Origin: Escherichia coli
GTDB lineage: Bacteria; Pseudomonadota; Gammaproteobacteria; Enterobacterales; Enterobacteriaceae
Length of the DNA stretch: 64,000 nucleotides
Direction: 5' to 3' (one strand)
NCBI RefSeq assembly: GCF_003334785.1
Contig: NZ_QOWV01000007.1
Part shown: positions 50,511 through 60,680 of the stretch, one piece after another
How the letters are laid out: every line of letters begins with the position of its first letter
Position numbering within the stretch: the first letter of the stretch is position 1
The notes under the pieces: generated by a model
Database searches by the model: none
What the model was told of the DNA's origin: nothing
The model's input: only the letters and a program-made list of their open reading frames with translations
Made by a program: the position numbers and the translations under genes

Positions 50511-50715
50511 ATCTCTAACCATATGATTTAAAAACAAATCACTTCGCACGGGCAGGTTTTGGCACCGCAACAAAGCGCAAGACACGCAGTATACCAGTAA
50601 AACTATTCATTCGCGGAATCTGTTAATAAAGCTCGAATTGTGATGACGATCACACATGTTAAAACCTATAATTAATTGCTACTAAAATATTAATGAATTG
50701 AAATGGTGTCTCTTT

Positions 50716-53106
50716 ATGGCAATTAACAATACAGGCTCGCGACGATTACTCGTCACGCTAACAGCCCTTTTTGCAGCGCTTTGCGGGCTGTATCTACTCA
50801 TTGGCGGAGGCTGGCTGGTCGCGATTGGCGGCTCCTGGTACTACCCTATCGCTGGCCTTGTGATGCTCGGCGTCGCCTGGATGCTGTGGCGCAGTAAACG
50901 CGCCGCGCTTTGGCTATACGCAGCCCTGCTGCTCGGCACCATGATTTGGGGCGTCTGGGAAGTTGGTTTCGACTTCTGGGCGCTGACTCCGCGCAGCGAC
51001 ATTCTGGTCTTCTTCGGCATCTGGCTGATCCTGCCGTTTGTCTGGCGTCGCCTGGTCATTCCTGCCAGCGGCGCAGTTGCCGCACTGGTGGTCGCACTGC
51101 TGATTAGCGGTGGTATCCTGACCTGGGCCGGATTTAACGATCCGCAGGAGATCAACGGCACCTTAAGCGCCGATGCCACACCTGCTGAAGCTATCTCCCC
51201 CGTAGCCGATCAGGACTGGCCTGCCTATGGTCGTAATCAGGAAGGTCAACGCTTTTCGCCGCTGAAACAAATTAACGCCGATAACGTCCATAATCTGAAA
51301 GAAGCCTGGGTGTTCCGTACTGGCGATGTGAAGCAGCCGAACGATCCGGGTGAAATCACCAATGAAGTGACGCCGATTAAAGTGGGCGACACCCTTTACC
51401 TGTGTACCGCTCACCAGCGCCTGTTTGCGCTTGATGCCGCCAGCGGCAAAGAGAAATGGCATTACGATCCTGAGCTGAAAACCAACGAGTCTTTCCAGCA
51501 CGTAACCTGCCGTGGTGTCTCTTATCATGAAGCCAAAGCAGAAACCGCTTCGCCGGAAGTGATGGCGGATTGCCCGCGTCGTATCATTCTTCCGGTCAAT
51601 GATGGTCGACTGATTGCGATTAACGCTGAAAACGGCAAACTGTGCGAAACCTTCGCCAATAAAGGCGTGCTCAATCTGCAAAGCAATATGCCAGACACCA
51701 AACCGGGTCTGTATGAACCGACTTCGCCACCGATTATCACCGATAAAACCATCGTGATGGCCGGTTCAGTTACCGATAACTTCTCAACCCGCGAAACGTC
51801 TGGCGTGATCCGTGGTTTTGATGTCAACACCGGGGAGCTGCTGTGGGCTTTTGATCCCGGCGCGAAAGATCCGAACGCAATCCCGTCTGACGAACACACC
51901 TTTACCTTTAACTCGCCAAACTCCTGGGCACCAGCGGCCTATGACGCGAAGCTGGATCTGGTCTATCTGCCGATGGGCGTGACCACGCCGGATATCTGGG
52001 GCGGTAACCGCACACCGGAACAGGAACGTTATGCCAGCTCGATTCTGGCGCTGAATGCCACTACCGGGAAACTGGCGTGGAGCTACCAGACCGTTCACCA
52101 CGACCTGTGGGACATGGATCTTCCGGCACAGCCGACGCTGGCGGACATCACCGTTAATGGTCAGAAAGTGCCAGTTATTTACGCTCCGGCGAAAACCGGC
52201 AACATTTTTGTGCTCGATCGTCGTAATGGCGAACTGGTGGTTCCGGCACCGGAAAAACCGGTTCCCCAAGGTGCAGCGAAAGGCGATTACGTAACCCCAA
52301 CTCAACCGTTTTCTGAACTGAGCTTCCGTCCGACGAAAGATTTGAGCGGTGCGGATATGTGGGGAGCCACCATGTTTGACCAACTGGTGTGCCGCGTGAT
52401 GTTCCACCAGATGCGCTATGAAGGCATTTTCACCCCGCCATCTGAACAGGGTACGCTGGTCTTCCCGGGTAACCTGGGGATGTTCGAATGGGGCGGGATT
52501 TCCGTTGATCCAAATCGTGAAGTGGCGATTGCCAACCCAATGGCACTGCCGTTTGTTTCGAAACTGATCCCGCGTGGTCCTGGCAACCCGATGGAGCAGC
52601 CGAAAGATGCCAAAGGCACGGGTACGGAATCCGGCATTCAGCCACAGTACGGTGTACCGTATGGTGTCACGCTCAACCCGTTCCTCTCACCATTTGGTCT
52701 GCCATGTAAACAGCCAGCATGGGGTTATATCTCGGCGCTGGATCTGAAAACTAATGAAGTGGTGTGGAAGAAACGTATTGGTACGCCGCAGGACAGTATG
52801 CCGTTCCCGATGCCGGTTCCGGTGCCGTTCAATATGGGTATGCCGATGCTGGGCGGGCCAATCTCCACGGCGGGTAACGTGCTGTTTATCGCCGCTACGG
52901 CAGATAACTACCTGCGCGCTTACAACATGAGCAACGGTGAAAAACTGTGGCAGGGTCGTTTACCAGCGGGTGGTCAGGCTACGCCAATGACCTATGAAGT
53001 GAATGGTAAGCAGTATGTGGTGATCTCCGCAGGCGGTCACGGTTCATTTGGTACGAAGATGGGCGACTATATTGTGGCTTATGCGCTGCCGGATGATGTG
53101 AAGTAA
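50716..53106 (+). CDS. gcd: Membrane-bound PQQ-dependent glucose dehydrogenase
   Basis: The known 796-aa protein starts at MAINNTGSRRLLV; N-terminal transmembrane helices plus a PQQ beta-propeller. Confidence 0.96.
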   Translation: MAINNTGSRRLLVTLTALFAALCGLYLLIGGGWLVAIGGSWYYPIAGLVMLGVAWMLWRSKRAALWLYAALLLGTMIWGVWEVGFDFWALTPRSDILVFFGIWLILPFVWRRLVIPASGAVAALVVALLISGGILTWAGFNDPQEINGTLSADATPAEAISPVADQDWPAYGRNQEGQRFSPLKQINADNVHNLKEAWVFRTGDVKQPNDPGEITNEVTPIKVGDTLYLCTAHQRLFALDAASGKEKWHYDPELKTNESFQHVTCRGVSYHEAKAETASPEVMADCPRRIILPVNDGRLIAINAENGKLCETFANKGVLNLQSNMPDTKPGLYEPTSPPIITDKTIVMAGSVTDNFSTRETSGVIRGFDVNTGELLWAFDPGAKDPNAIPSDEHTFTFNSPNSWAPAAYDAKLDLVYLPMGVTTPDIWGGNRTPEQERYASSILALNATTGKLAWSYQTVHHDLWDMDLPAQPTLADITVNGQKVPVIYAPAKTGNIFVLDRRNGELVVPAPEKPVPQGAAKGDYVTPTQPFSELSFRPTKDLSGADMWGATMFDQLVCRVMFHQMRYEGIFTPPSEQGTLVFPGNLGMFEWGGISVDPNREVAIANPMALPFVSKLIPRGPGNPMEQPKDAKGTGTESGIQPQYGVPYGVTLNPFLSPFGLPCKQPAWGYISALDLKTNEVVWKKRIGTPQDSMPFPMPVPVPFNMGMPMLGGPISTAGNVLFIAATADNYLRAYNMSNGEKLWQGRLPAGGQATPMTYEVNGKQYVVISAGGHGSFGTKMGDYIVAYALPDDVK

Positions 53107-53144
53107 GACTTGCTCAGATTGCTGACAACGTGCGCGTTGTTCAT

Positions 53145-53244
53145 GCCGGATGCGGCGTGAACGCCTTATCCAGCCTACAAAATTGTGCAAAATCAATGGA
53201 TTGCACAGCTAGCGTAGGCCTGATAAGCGTAGCGCATCAGGCAG
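53145..53244. repeat. REP elements downstream of gcd
   Basis: gccggatgcggcgtgaacgccttatccagcctac and inverted gtaggcctgataagcgtagcgcatcaggc flanking a short palindromic spacer. Confidence 0.85.
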
Positions 53245-53267
53245 ATTTGCGTTTGTCATCAGTTTAA

Positions 53268-53289
53268 TGCCCGGAGAGATCCGGGCATA
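53268..53289. terminator. Hairpin between gcd and cueO 3' ends (putative terminator)
   Basis: Inverted repeat atgcccgga-gaga-tccgggcat; weak T-tract. Confidence 0.4.
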
Positions 53290-53307
53290 TTTCCGAATAC
53301 GGTCTTT

Positions 53308-54858
53308 TTATACCGTAAACCCTAACATCATCCCCGTATCTTCATGCTCCAGCAGATGGCAGTGCGCCATATAAGCATGTTCTTTCGGTGCATCGTGATT
53401 AAACTTCACCAGCACTTCGCTGACATTACCTTCTACCTTAACGGTATCTTTCCAGCCCGCGCGATGAGCCGCTGGCGGTTTGCCATTTTCTGACAAGATA
53501 CGGAACTGCGTGCCGTGGATATGGAACGGATGCAGCATCATGTCGCCCACGCCAGAGATAACCCAACGTTCGTATTGCCCTTTCGCCGCCGCAAACATCG
53601 GCTTGTTCATATCAAACGCCTGACCGTTGATTTTGTTGGCATGGTGGAAATCGAACTTCCCGCCGTGGTTCATATGATTCATATTGCCGTGCCCCATATG
53701 GCCCATCATCTGGCTGTGATCCATCCCGGCCATCGCCTGATCGCCATATTTCTCCATTAGCATCTGCATCCCCATCATATCGAGCATCGGGTCCATAGAG
53801 AGTTGCAGCTTGCGTACCGTCAGCCCTTCCAGCGAAGGTAACGCAGGCAGGCTACTTAATGTGTCTGGCAAAGCACCGGAGGCACTAATAGCAATCGGCT
53901 GAATCCGCATTACCGGATGAGGCTTATCAAACGGCGCAATCGCCATCCCCATCTGGCTGACCGGCAGCGTCACCAGGTCAAAGGGTTTGTTATCGTTAAC
54001 CTCCACCAGCACTTCAAAACGCTCGCCCATCAGCACCGGCAGTTCGCTCACCTTCACTGGTTCAGGTAGCAGACCACCGTCGCTGGCAATCACATACAGC
54101 GGGCGATTGTCGCTGGTGGCGAAATTGAGCGAACGGGCATTACAGCCATTGAGCAAACGCAGGCGCAGCCAACCACGCGGGGCAGCGTGTTGCGGGTAGA
54201 TTGCACCGTTGGTCAGCAACGTATCGCCAAACCAGCCCACGGCGGCGGTCATCACATCCAGTTGATAATCAATCTGCCCGTCGGCGCTAAATTTCTTATC
54301 CTGAACGATCACCGGAACATCATCGATACCCCACTGTTTTGGCAGCATTAATTTCAGGATCTCGTCATCTTCAATCACCACCAGCCCAGCCAGCCCCATC
54401 GCCACCTGTCGCCCGGTTTTGCCGTGCTGATGCGGATGGAACCAGCAGGTAGCGGCAGGTTGATCAACGTTCAACGTCACCGAGCGCTTGCCACCTGGCG
54501 GAATAATTCCCTGCGGGCCGCCGTCGACTTCACCCGGTACTTCCAGCCCGTGCCAGTGCAACGTTGTCTCTTCCGTCAGTTGGTTGTAGATATCAACCGT
54601 TACCGCTTTGCCGCGCTGTAATTTCACCGCCGGCCCCAGCAGATTGCCGTTATAGCCCCAGGTAGTTGCAGTTTTCCCGCCAAAGGTGGACTGGCCTGCG
54701 CCAATAGTTAACTGAATGCGATTACGGGCATCGGTCGTGAGCAAATCAGGGATCGGTAACGTTGGGCGTTCTGCCGCAAATACTGCGCGGCTCCACAGCG
54801 GCAAAGCCGAAGCCACACCCAGCGCGACGGAATATTTTAAGAAATCACGACGTTGCAT
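53308..54858 (-). CDS. cueO: Multicopper oxidase CueO (periplasmic cuprous oxidase)
   Basis: The known 516-aa protein starts at [28 protein letters not shown] (twin-arginine signal); His-rich copper sites ([19 protein letters not shown]) and a Met-rich segment. Confidence 0.96.
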
Positions 54859-55023
54859 AGTTATTTCCTTATTCTTAAGCAGGCGAAACAAAATCAAACG
54901 TTGAGCATAGTCCTTCCCCTTACGGGAAGGTCAAGCCGCAGACACAATTTAATCGACAATAATGGTCGTCGCCTCGCTCGCAGTGTGCTAACGTTTATCT
55001 TCTTTAAGCCCCTGGTAGAAGCA

Positions 55024-55371
55024 ATGAAGACGTTTTTCAGAACAGTGTTATTCGGCAGCCTGATGGCCGTCTGCGCAAACAGTTACGCGCTCAGCGAGTC
55101 TGAAGCCGAAGATATGGCCGATTTAACGGCAGTTTTTGTCTTTCTGAAGAACGATTGTGGTTACCAGAACTTACCTAACGGGCAAATTCGTCGCGCACTG
55201 GTCTTTTTCGCTCAGCAAAACCAGTGGGACCTCAGTAATTACGACACCTTCGACATGAAAGCCCTCGGTGAAGACAGCTACCGCGATCTCAGCGGCATTG
55301 GCATTCCCGTCGCTAAAAAATGCAAAGCCCTGGCCCGCGATTCCTTAAGCCTGCTTGCCTACGTCAAATAA
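55024..55371 (+). CDS. yacC: Uncharacterised secreted protein YacC
   Basis: The ORF track starts at 54853 overlapping cueO; the likely 115-aa product starts at MKTFFRTVLFGSLMAVCANSYA (signal peptide). Confidence 0.85.
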   Translation: MKTFFRTVLFGSLMAVCANSYALSESEAEDMADLTAVFVFLKNDCGYQNLPNGQIRRALVFFAQQNQWDLSNYDTFDMKALGEDSYRDLSGIGIPVAKKCKALARDSLSLLAYVK

Positions 55372-55476
55372 TCCCTGATACCTTTTTGTAGAAATATTGA
55401 CCGTGCATCCGCGGTCAATGTTAGCTATTATGTTGCGCCCTTTTTTTACGGGTGTTAACAAAGGAGGTATCAACCC

Positions 55477-56343
55477 ATGGCCGAAAAAAAACAGTGGCAT
55501 GAAACGCTACACGACCAGTTTGGGCAGTACTTTGCGGTAGATAACGTTCTGTATCATGAAAAGACCGATCACCAGGATCTGATCATTTTTGAGAACGCTG
55601 CATTTGGTCGCGTAATGGCGCTGGATGGCGTAGTACAAACCACCGAGCGCGACGAGTTTATCTATCATGAGATGATGACCCATGTTCCGCTACTGGCCCA
55701 TGGTCACGCGAAACATGTGCTGATTATCGGCGGCGGCGACGGTGCCATGCTGCGTGAAGTAACCCGACATAAAAACGTTGAGTCAATCACGATGGTGGAA
55801 ATCGATGCGGGTGTCGTATCGTTCTGCCGTCAGTATCTACCCAACCATAACGCCGGTAGCTACGACGATCCGCGCTTTAAGCTGGTGATCGACGATGGCG
55901 TCAATTTCGTTAATCAAACCAGCCAGACCTTTGATGTCATTATCTCCGACTGCACCGATCCTATCGGTCCCGGCGAAAGCCTTTTCACTTCGGCATTTTA
56001 TGAAGGCTGCAAACGTTGCCTGAATCCTGGCGGTATCTTCGTCGCACAAAACGGCGTCTGCTTTTTACAGCAGGAAGAAGCCATCGACAGCCATCGCAAA
56101 CTCAGCCATTACTTCAGCGACGTTGGCTTTTATCAGGCGGCGATCCCGACCTATTACGGCGGTATCATGACTTTTGCATGGGCGACAGATAACGACGCCT
56201 TACGCCATCTCTCAACCGAAATTATTCAGGCGCGTTTTCTCGCCTCTGGCCTGAAATGCCGTTATTACAATCCGGCAATCCATACGGCAGCTTTTGCCTT
56301 ACCTCAGTATCTGCAAGACGCACTGGCTTCACAGCCGTCCTAA
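55477..56343 (+). CDS. speE: Spermidine synthase
   Basis: 288-aa [64 protein letters not shown]... matches SpeE. Confidence 0.97.
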   Translation: MAEKKQWHETLHDQFGQYFAVDNVLYHEKTDHQDLIIFENAAFGRVMALDGVVQTTERDEFIYHEMMTHVPLLAHGHAKHVLIIGGGDGAMLREVTRHKNVESITMVEIDAGVVSFCRQYLPNHNAGSYDDPRFKLVIDDGVNFVNQTSQTFDVIISDCTDPIGPGESLFTSAFYEGCKRCLNPGGIFVAQNGVCFLQQEEAIDSHRKLSHYFSDVGFYQAAIPTYYGGIMTFAWATDNDALRHLSTEIIQARFLASGLKCRYYNPAIHTAAFALPQYLQDALASQPS

Positions 56344-56358
56344 GGAGAAGATAAGAAA

Positions 56359-57153
56359 TTGAAAAAACTGAAACTGCATGGCTTTAATAATCTGACCAAA
56401 AGTCTGAGTTTTTGTATTTACGATATCTGCTACGCCAAAACTGCCGAAGAGCGCGACGGTTATATTGCTTATATCGATGAACTCTATAATGCCAACCGTC
56501 TGACCGAAATCCTGTCAGAAACCTGTTCCATTATCGGGGCTAATATTCTTAACATCGCCCGCCAGGATTACGAACCACAGGGTGCCAGCGTCACTATTCT
56601 GGTGAGTGAAGAACCGGTTGACCCGAAACTCATCGACAAAACAGAACACCCCGGCCCACTGCCAGAAACGGTCGTTGCCCATCTTGATAAAAGTCATATT
56701 TGCGTACATACCTACCCGGAAAGTCATCCTGAAGGCGGTTTATGTACCTTCCGCGCCGATATTGAAGTCTCTACCTGCGGCGTGATTTCTCCGCTGAAGG
56801 CGCTGAATTACCTGATCCACCAGCTTGAGTCCGATATCGTAACCATTGATTATCGCGTGCGCGGTTTTACCCGCGACATTAACGGTATGAAGCACTTTAT
56901 CGACCATGAGATTAATTCGATTCAGAACTTTATGTCTGACGATATGAAGGCGCTGTATGACATGGTGGATGTGAACGTCTATCAGGAAAATATCTTCCAT
57001 ACCAAGATGTTGCTTAAAGAGTTCGACCTTAAGCACTACATGTTCCACACCAAACCGGAAGACTTAACCGACAGCGAGCGCCAGGAAATTACCGCTGCGC
57101 TGTGGAAAGAAATGCGCGAGATTTATTACGGGCGCAATATGCCAGCTGTTTAA
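56359..57153 (+). CDS. speD: S-adenosylmethionine decarboxylase proenzyme
   Basis: 264-aa ORF beginning at TTG ([27 protein letters not shown]...); matches SpeD. Confidence 0.95.
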
Positions 57154-57158
57154 CGGCT

Positions 57159-57184
57159 CTGGCGGAGCTCCCAGGCTCCGCCAG
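57159..57184. terminator. Bidirectional terminator hairpin between convergent speD and yacL
   Basis: Inverted repeat ctggcggagc-tcccag-gctccgccag followed by atttattta. Confidence 0.6.
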
Positions 57185-57190
57185 ATTTAT

Positions 57191-57553
57191 TTACTTCTGC
57201 TGCACGAAATTGCGGTAAGCCGCCACGACCTGCAGAAAATCCTCAACGCCGCATAGCGACAGGCTTTCTTCGTCGTAGTAGTTCATCCCCTCTTCCATTT
57301 CATCGCCAGCGAATTCCAGTTGATTGGCGCGAACCATCACCTCTTCACCGTCCATCCACAGGGTGTATTCATGCCCTGCCCGTTGCCAGGACCGTTCGCT
57401 ACCTTTCAGTGCGTGCGCTGCTTGTTCCACTTCATCAAGCAAGGCCAGGTTTTCTTTCACCTCTTCATTAAACCAGTGCCCGACCACTTCATGCCCCATG
57501 GACATACGCACCTTTACCACTCCGGTAATATCGCGCAGAAATTCGTAATCCAT
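57191..57553 (-). CDS. yacL: UPF0231 family protein
   Basis: The ORF track starts at 57601; the known 120-aa protein starts at [31 protein letters not shown] (57553). Confidence 0.9.
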
Positions 57554-57660
57554 AGTGTGTTCCTCTGCTCCCGGCAATGCACCGAAATCGCATTGCGCCA
57601 TTGATGTAATTATCGCAGCCTTACCGGAGAAAAACAGCGGAACGGCGATGGTTTAGAAAT

Positions 57661-57695
57661 AAAAAAATGCCCGGGAATCTCATTCACCGGGCATT
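57661..57695 (-). terminator. Rho-independent terminator after acnB
   Basis: Minus strand reads atgcccggtgaatgagattcccgggcat followed by ttttttt, about 35 nt after the acnB stop. Confidence 0.8.
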
Positions 57696-57728
57696 GTGTC
57701 GTTTATGCGCAGCGCGTGCGCTGACTTT

Positions 57729-60326
57729 TTAAACCGCAGTCTGGAAAATCACCCCATCGGCTTTCTCGGTGTACTGAGAAAGCTGGTTGAAGTTCAGATA
57801 ACGGTAAGTATCAACGGCTGTTTTATCTACCTGCGCCACGTAGGTCTGGTACTCTTCCGGCGTCGGCAGTTTGCCAATCAGCGCCGCAACAGCCGCCAGT
57901 TCCGCAGAAGCCAGGAAGACATTCGCGCCAGTACCCAGACGGTTCGGGAAGTTACGGGTAGAGGTGGAAACCACCGTTGCACCGTCCGCCACACGCGCCT
58001 GGTTACCCATACACAGGGAACAGCCAGGGATCTCGATACGCGCACCACTCTTACCGAAGACGCTGTAGTAGCCTTCTTCGGTCAACTGTGCGGCGTCCAT
58101 ACGGGTTGGCGGTGCCACCCACAGGCGGGTCGGCAACTGACCTTTATGCGCATCCAGCAGTTTACCCGCAGCACGGAAGTGACCGATGTTGGTCATGCAG
58201 GAACCGATAAACACTTCGTCGATCTTCTCACCCTGTACCGCAGACAGCGGACGCGCGTCATCCGGGTCGTTCGGAGCACACAGGATTGGCTCTTTAATAT
58301 CCGCCAGATCGATGTCGATCACTGCCGCGTATTCCGCATCTGCATCGGCTTCCAGCAGCTCAGGATTCGCCAGCCATTTTTCCATGCCCTGAATACGACG
58401 TTCCAGGGTACGACGATCGCCGTAACCTTCCGCGATCATCCACTTCAGCAGGACGATGTTAGAGTTCAGGTATTCGATGATCGGTTCTTTGTTCAGCTTG
58501 ATGGTACAACCAGCGGCAGAACGCTCGGCGGACGCATCGGTTAGCTCAAAGGCCTGCTCAACTTTCAGATCCGGCAGACCTTCAATTTCCAGGATGCGGC
58601 CAGAGAAGATGTTTTTCTTGCCTTTCTTCTCAACGGTCAGCAGACCTTGTTTGATCGCATACAGCGGAATAGCGTGTACCAGATCGCGCAGGGTGATGCC
58701 CGGCTGCATTTTGCCTTTGAAGCGCACCAGAACGGATTCCGGCATATCAAGCGGCATTACGCCAGTTGCGGCAGCAAACGCCACCAGACCAGAACCCGCC
58801 GGGAAAGAGATACCGATCGGGAAACGGGTATGGGAGTCACCACCGGTACCGACGGTATCCGGCAGCAGCATACGGTTCAGCCAGGAGTGAATGACGCCGT
58901 CACCCGGACGCAGCGACACACCGCCACGGTTCATAATGAAGTCCGGCAGCGTGTGGTGCGTGTTCACGTCAACTGGCTTCGGATACGCCGCGGTGTGGCA
59001 GAAAGACTGCATCACCAGGTCAGCCGAGAAGCCCAGGCACGCCAGGTCTTTCAGTTCATCACGGGTCATCGGGCCGGTGGTGTCCTGGGAACCTACAGAA
59101 GTCATTTTCGGTTCACAGTACGCGCCCGGACGAATGCCTTTCACGCCACAGGCACGGCCTACCATTTTTTGCGCCAGCGAGAAGCCGCGATCGCTCTCAG
59201 CGACATCTTTCGCCTGACGGAACACATCACTGTGCGGCAGACCAAGTGCTTCACGCGCTTTGGTGGTCAGGCCACGCCCGATAATCAGCGGAATACGGCC
59301 ACCAGCACGCACTTCATCAATCAGCACGTCGGTTTTCAGTTCGAAGGTCGCCAGCAGTTCGCCGGTTTCGTGGTTACGCACTTCACCTTTGTACGGGTAA
59401 ACGTCAATCACGTCGCCCATGTTCAGGTTAGAGACGTCGACTTCGATTGGCAGTGCACCCGCGTCTTCCATCGTGTTAAAGAAGATGGGTGCAATTTTAC
59501 CGCCGAGGCACAAACCACCGCCGCGTTTGTTCGGCACATGTGGAATATCATCGCCCATAAACCACAGAACGGAGTTAGTGGCGGATTTACGCGAAGAACC
59601 CGTACCCACAACGTCACCGACGTACGCCAGCGGGAAACCTTTCTGTTGCAGAGCTTCGATTTGCTTGATCGGACCAACAACACCAGGCTGGTCTGGCTCA
59701 ATACCTTCACGGGCGTTTTTCAGCATCGCCAGCGCGTGCAGTGGGATATCCGGGCGTGACCACGCATCCGGTGCCGGAGAAAGGTCATCGGTGTTAGTTT
59801 CGCCAGTGACTTTGAAGACAGTAACGGTCAGTTTTTCAGCCAGCGCCGGGCGATTCAGGAACCATTCGGCATCCGCCCAGGACTGCATAACCTGCTTCGC
59901 ATATTCGTTGCCTGCTTTCGCTTTCTCTTCTACGTCATAGAAGTTATCGAACATCAGCAGCGTGTGAGAAAGTGCTTTGGCAGCAATAGGTGCCAGTTTG
60001 GCATCATCCAGCGCGTCGATCAGCGGATGAATGTTGTAACCACCCTGCATGGTGCCCAGCAGTTCGATGGCTTTTTCCGGAGTCAGCAGAGGGGATTTGG
60101 CTTCGCCTTTCGCGATAGCAGCCAGGAAGCCTGCTTTGACATAGGCGGCTTCATCGACGCCTGGGGGAACACGGTTGGTTAACAGATCTAACAGGAATTC
60201 TTCTTCGCCCGCGGGCGGGTTTTTCAGCAGCTCTACAAGTGCGGCCATTTGGTTTGCATCCAGGGGTTTGGGCGCAATCCCCTCAGCGGCACGCTCAGCT
60301 ACGTGCTTACGGTATTCTTCTAGCAC
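57729..60326 (-). CDS. acnB: Aconitate hydratase B (bifunctional aconitase / 2-methylisocitrate dehydratase)
   Basis: The ORF track starts at 60479; the known 865-aa protein begins (M)[21 protein letters not shown] at a GTG codon (60326). Confidence 0.96.
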   Translation of the reverse strand: MLEEYRKHVAERAAEGIAPKPLDANQMAALVELLKNPPAGEEEFLLDLLTNRVPPGVDEAAYVKAGFLAAIAKGEAKSPLLTPEKAIELLGTMQGGYNIHPLIDALDDAKLAPIAAKALSHTLLMFDNFYDVEEKAKAGNEYAKQVMQSWADAEWFLNRPALAEKLTVTVFKVTGETNTDDLSPAPDAWSRPDIPLHALAMLKNAREGIEPDQPGVVGPIKQIEALQQKGFPLAYVGDVVGTGSSRKSATNSVLWFMGDDIPHVPNKRGGGLCLGGKIAPIFFNTMEDAGALPIEVDVSNLNMGDVIDVYPYKGEVRNHETGELLATFELKTDVLIDEVRAGGRIPLIIGRGLTTKAREALGLPHSDVFRQAKDVAESDRGFSLAQKMVGRACGVKGIRPGAYCEPKMTSVGSQDTTGPMTRDELKDLACLGFSADLVMQSFCHTAAYPKPVDVNTHHTLPDFIMNRGGVSLRPGDGVIHSWLNRMLLPDTVGTGGDSHTRFPIGISFPAGSGLVAFAAATGVMPLDMPESVLVRFKGKMQPGITLRDLVHAIPLYAIKQGLLTVEKKGKKNIFSGRILEIEGLPDLKVEQAFELTDASAERSAAGCTIKLNKEPIIEYLNSNIVLLKWMIAEGYGDRRTLERRIQGMEKWLANPELLEADADAEYAAVIDIDLADIKEPILCAPNDPDDARPLSAVQGEKIDEVFIGSCMTNIGHFRAAGKLLDAHKGQLPTRLWVAPPTRMDAAQLTEEGYYSVFGKSGARIEIPGCSLCMGNQARVADGATVVSTSTRNFPNRLGTGANVFLASAELAAVAALIGKLPTPEEYQTYVAQVDKTAVDTYRYLNFNQLSQYTEKADGVIFQTAV

Positions 60327-60680
60327 GACGGTTCTCCTCGCTCTCATTGTCATAGTGCGGCAGGCGATTCTCTTCACGCTCCTGTGAGACAGCAGTTTGT
60401 AGGGTAAATGCCCAGTACCGCAACGGGCAGAATAGCAGGATTTTGACGAGGTGTTAATCTGTTTACAAAAAAGCAACATAAAAAAGTGGCTGAATCGTTA
60501 AGGATGGTCTAGAGATTGTTTCCCTCCGTAAAAACTTCGTTAATTCGCATGGTGATAATCACCTTTCTCAACGAATCCCAAGATTAGTCAAAATTTAAAC
60601 TACCGCCTCTTTATACTCGGATTCACAGCACCTGCGGGTGGCAGTTCGCCGACCATTGCGATTTCCTTGAGATCCGAATT

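Noticed and set aside
54853-55023. N-terminal extension of the yacC ORF overlapping the cueO 5' end
   Set aside because: The extension precedes the obvious signal peptide (MKTFFRTVLFGSLMAVCANSYA) and overlaps the cueO start region; the start at 55024 is far more plausible.
58647-59759. 370-aa plus-strand ORF (with neighbours at 57696..58544 and 59419..59940) inside acnB
   Set aside because: All lie antisense to acnB; the sequences are Arg/His/Thr-rich shadow frames with no recognisable motifs.
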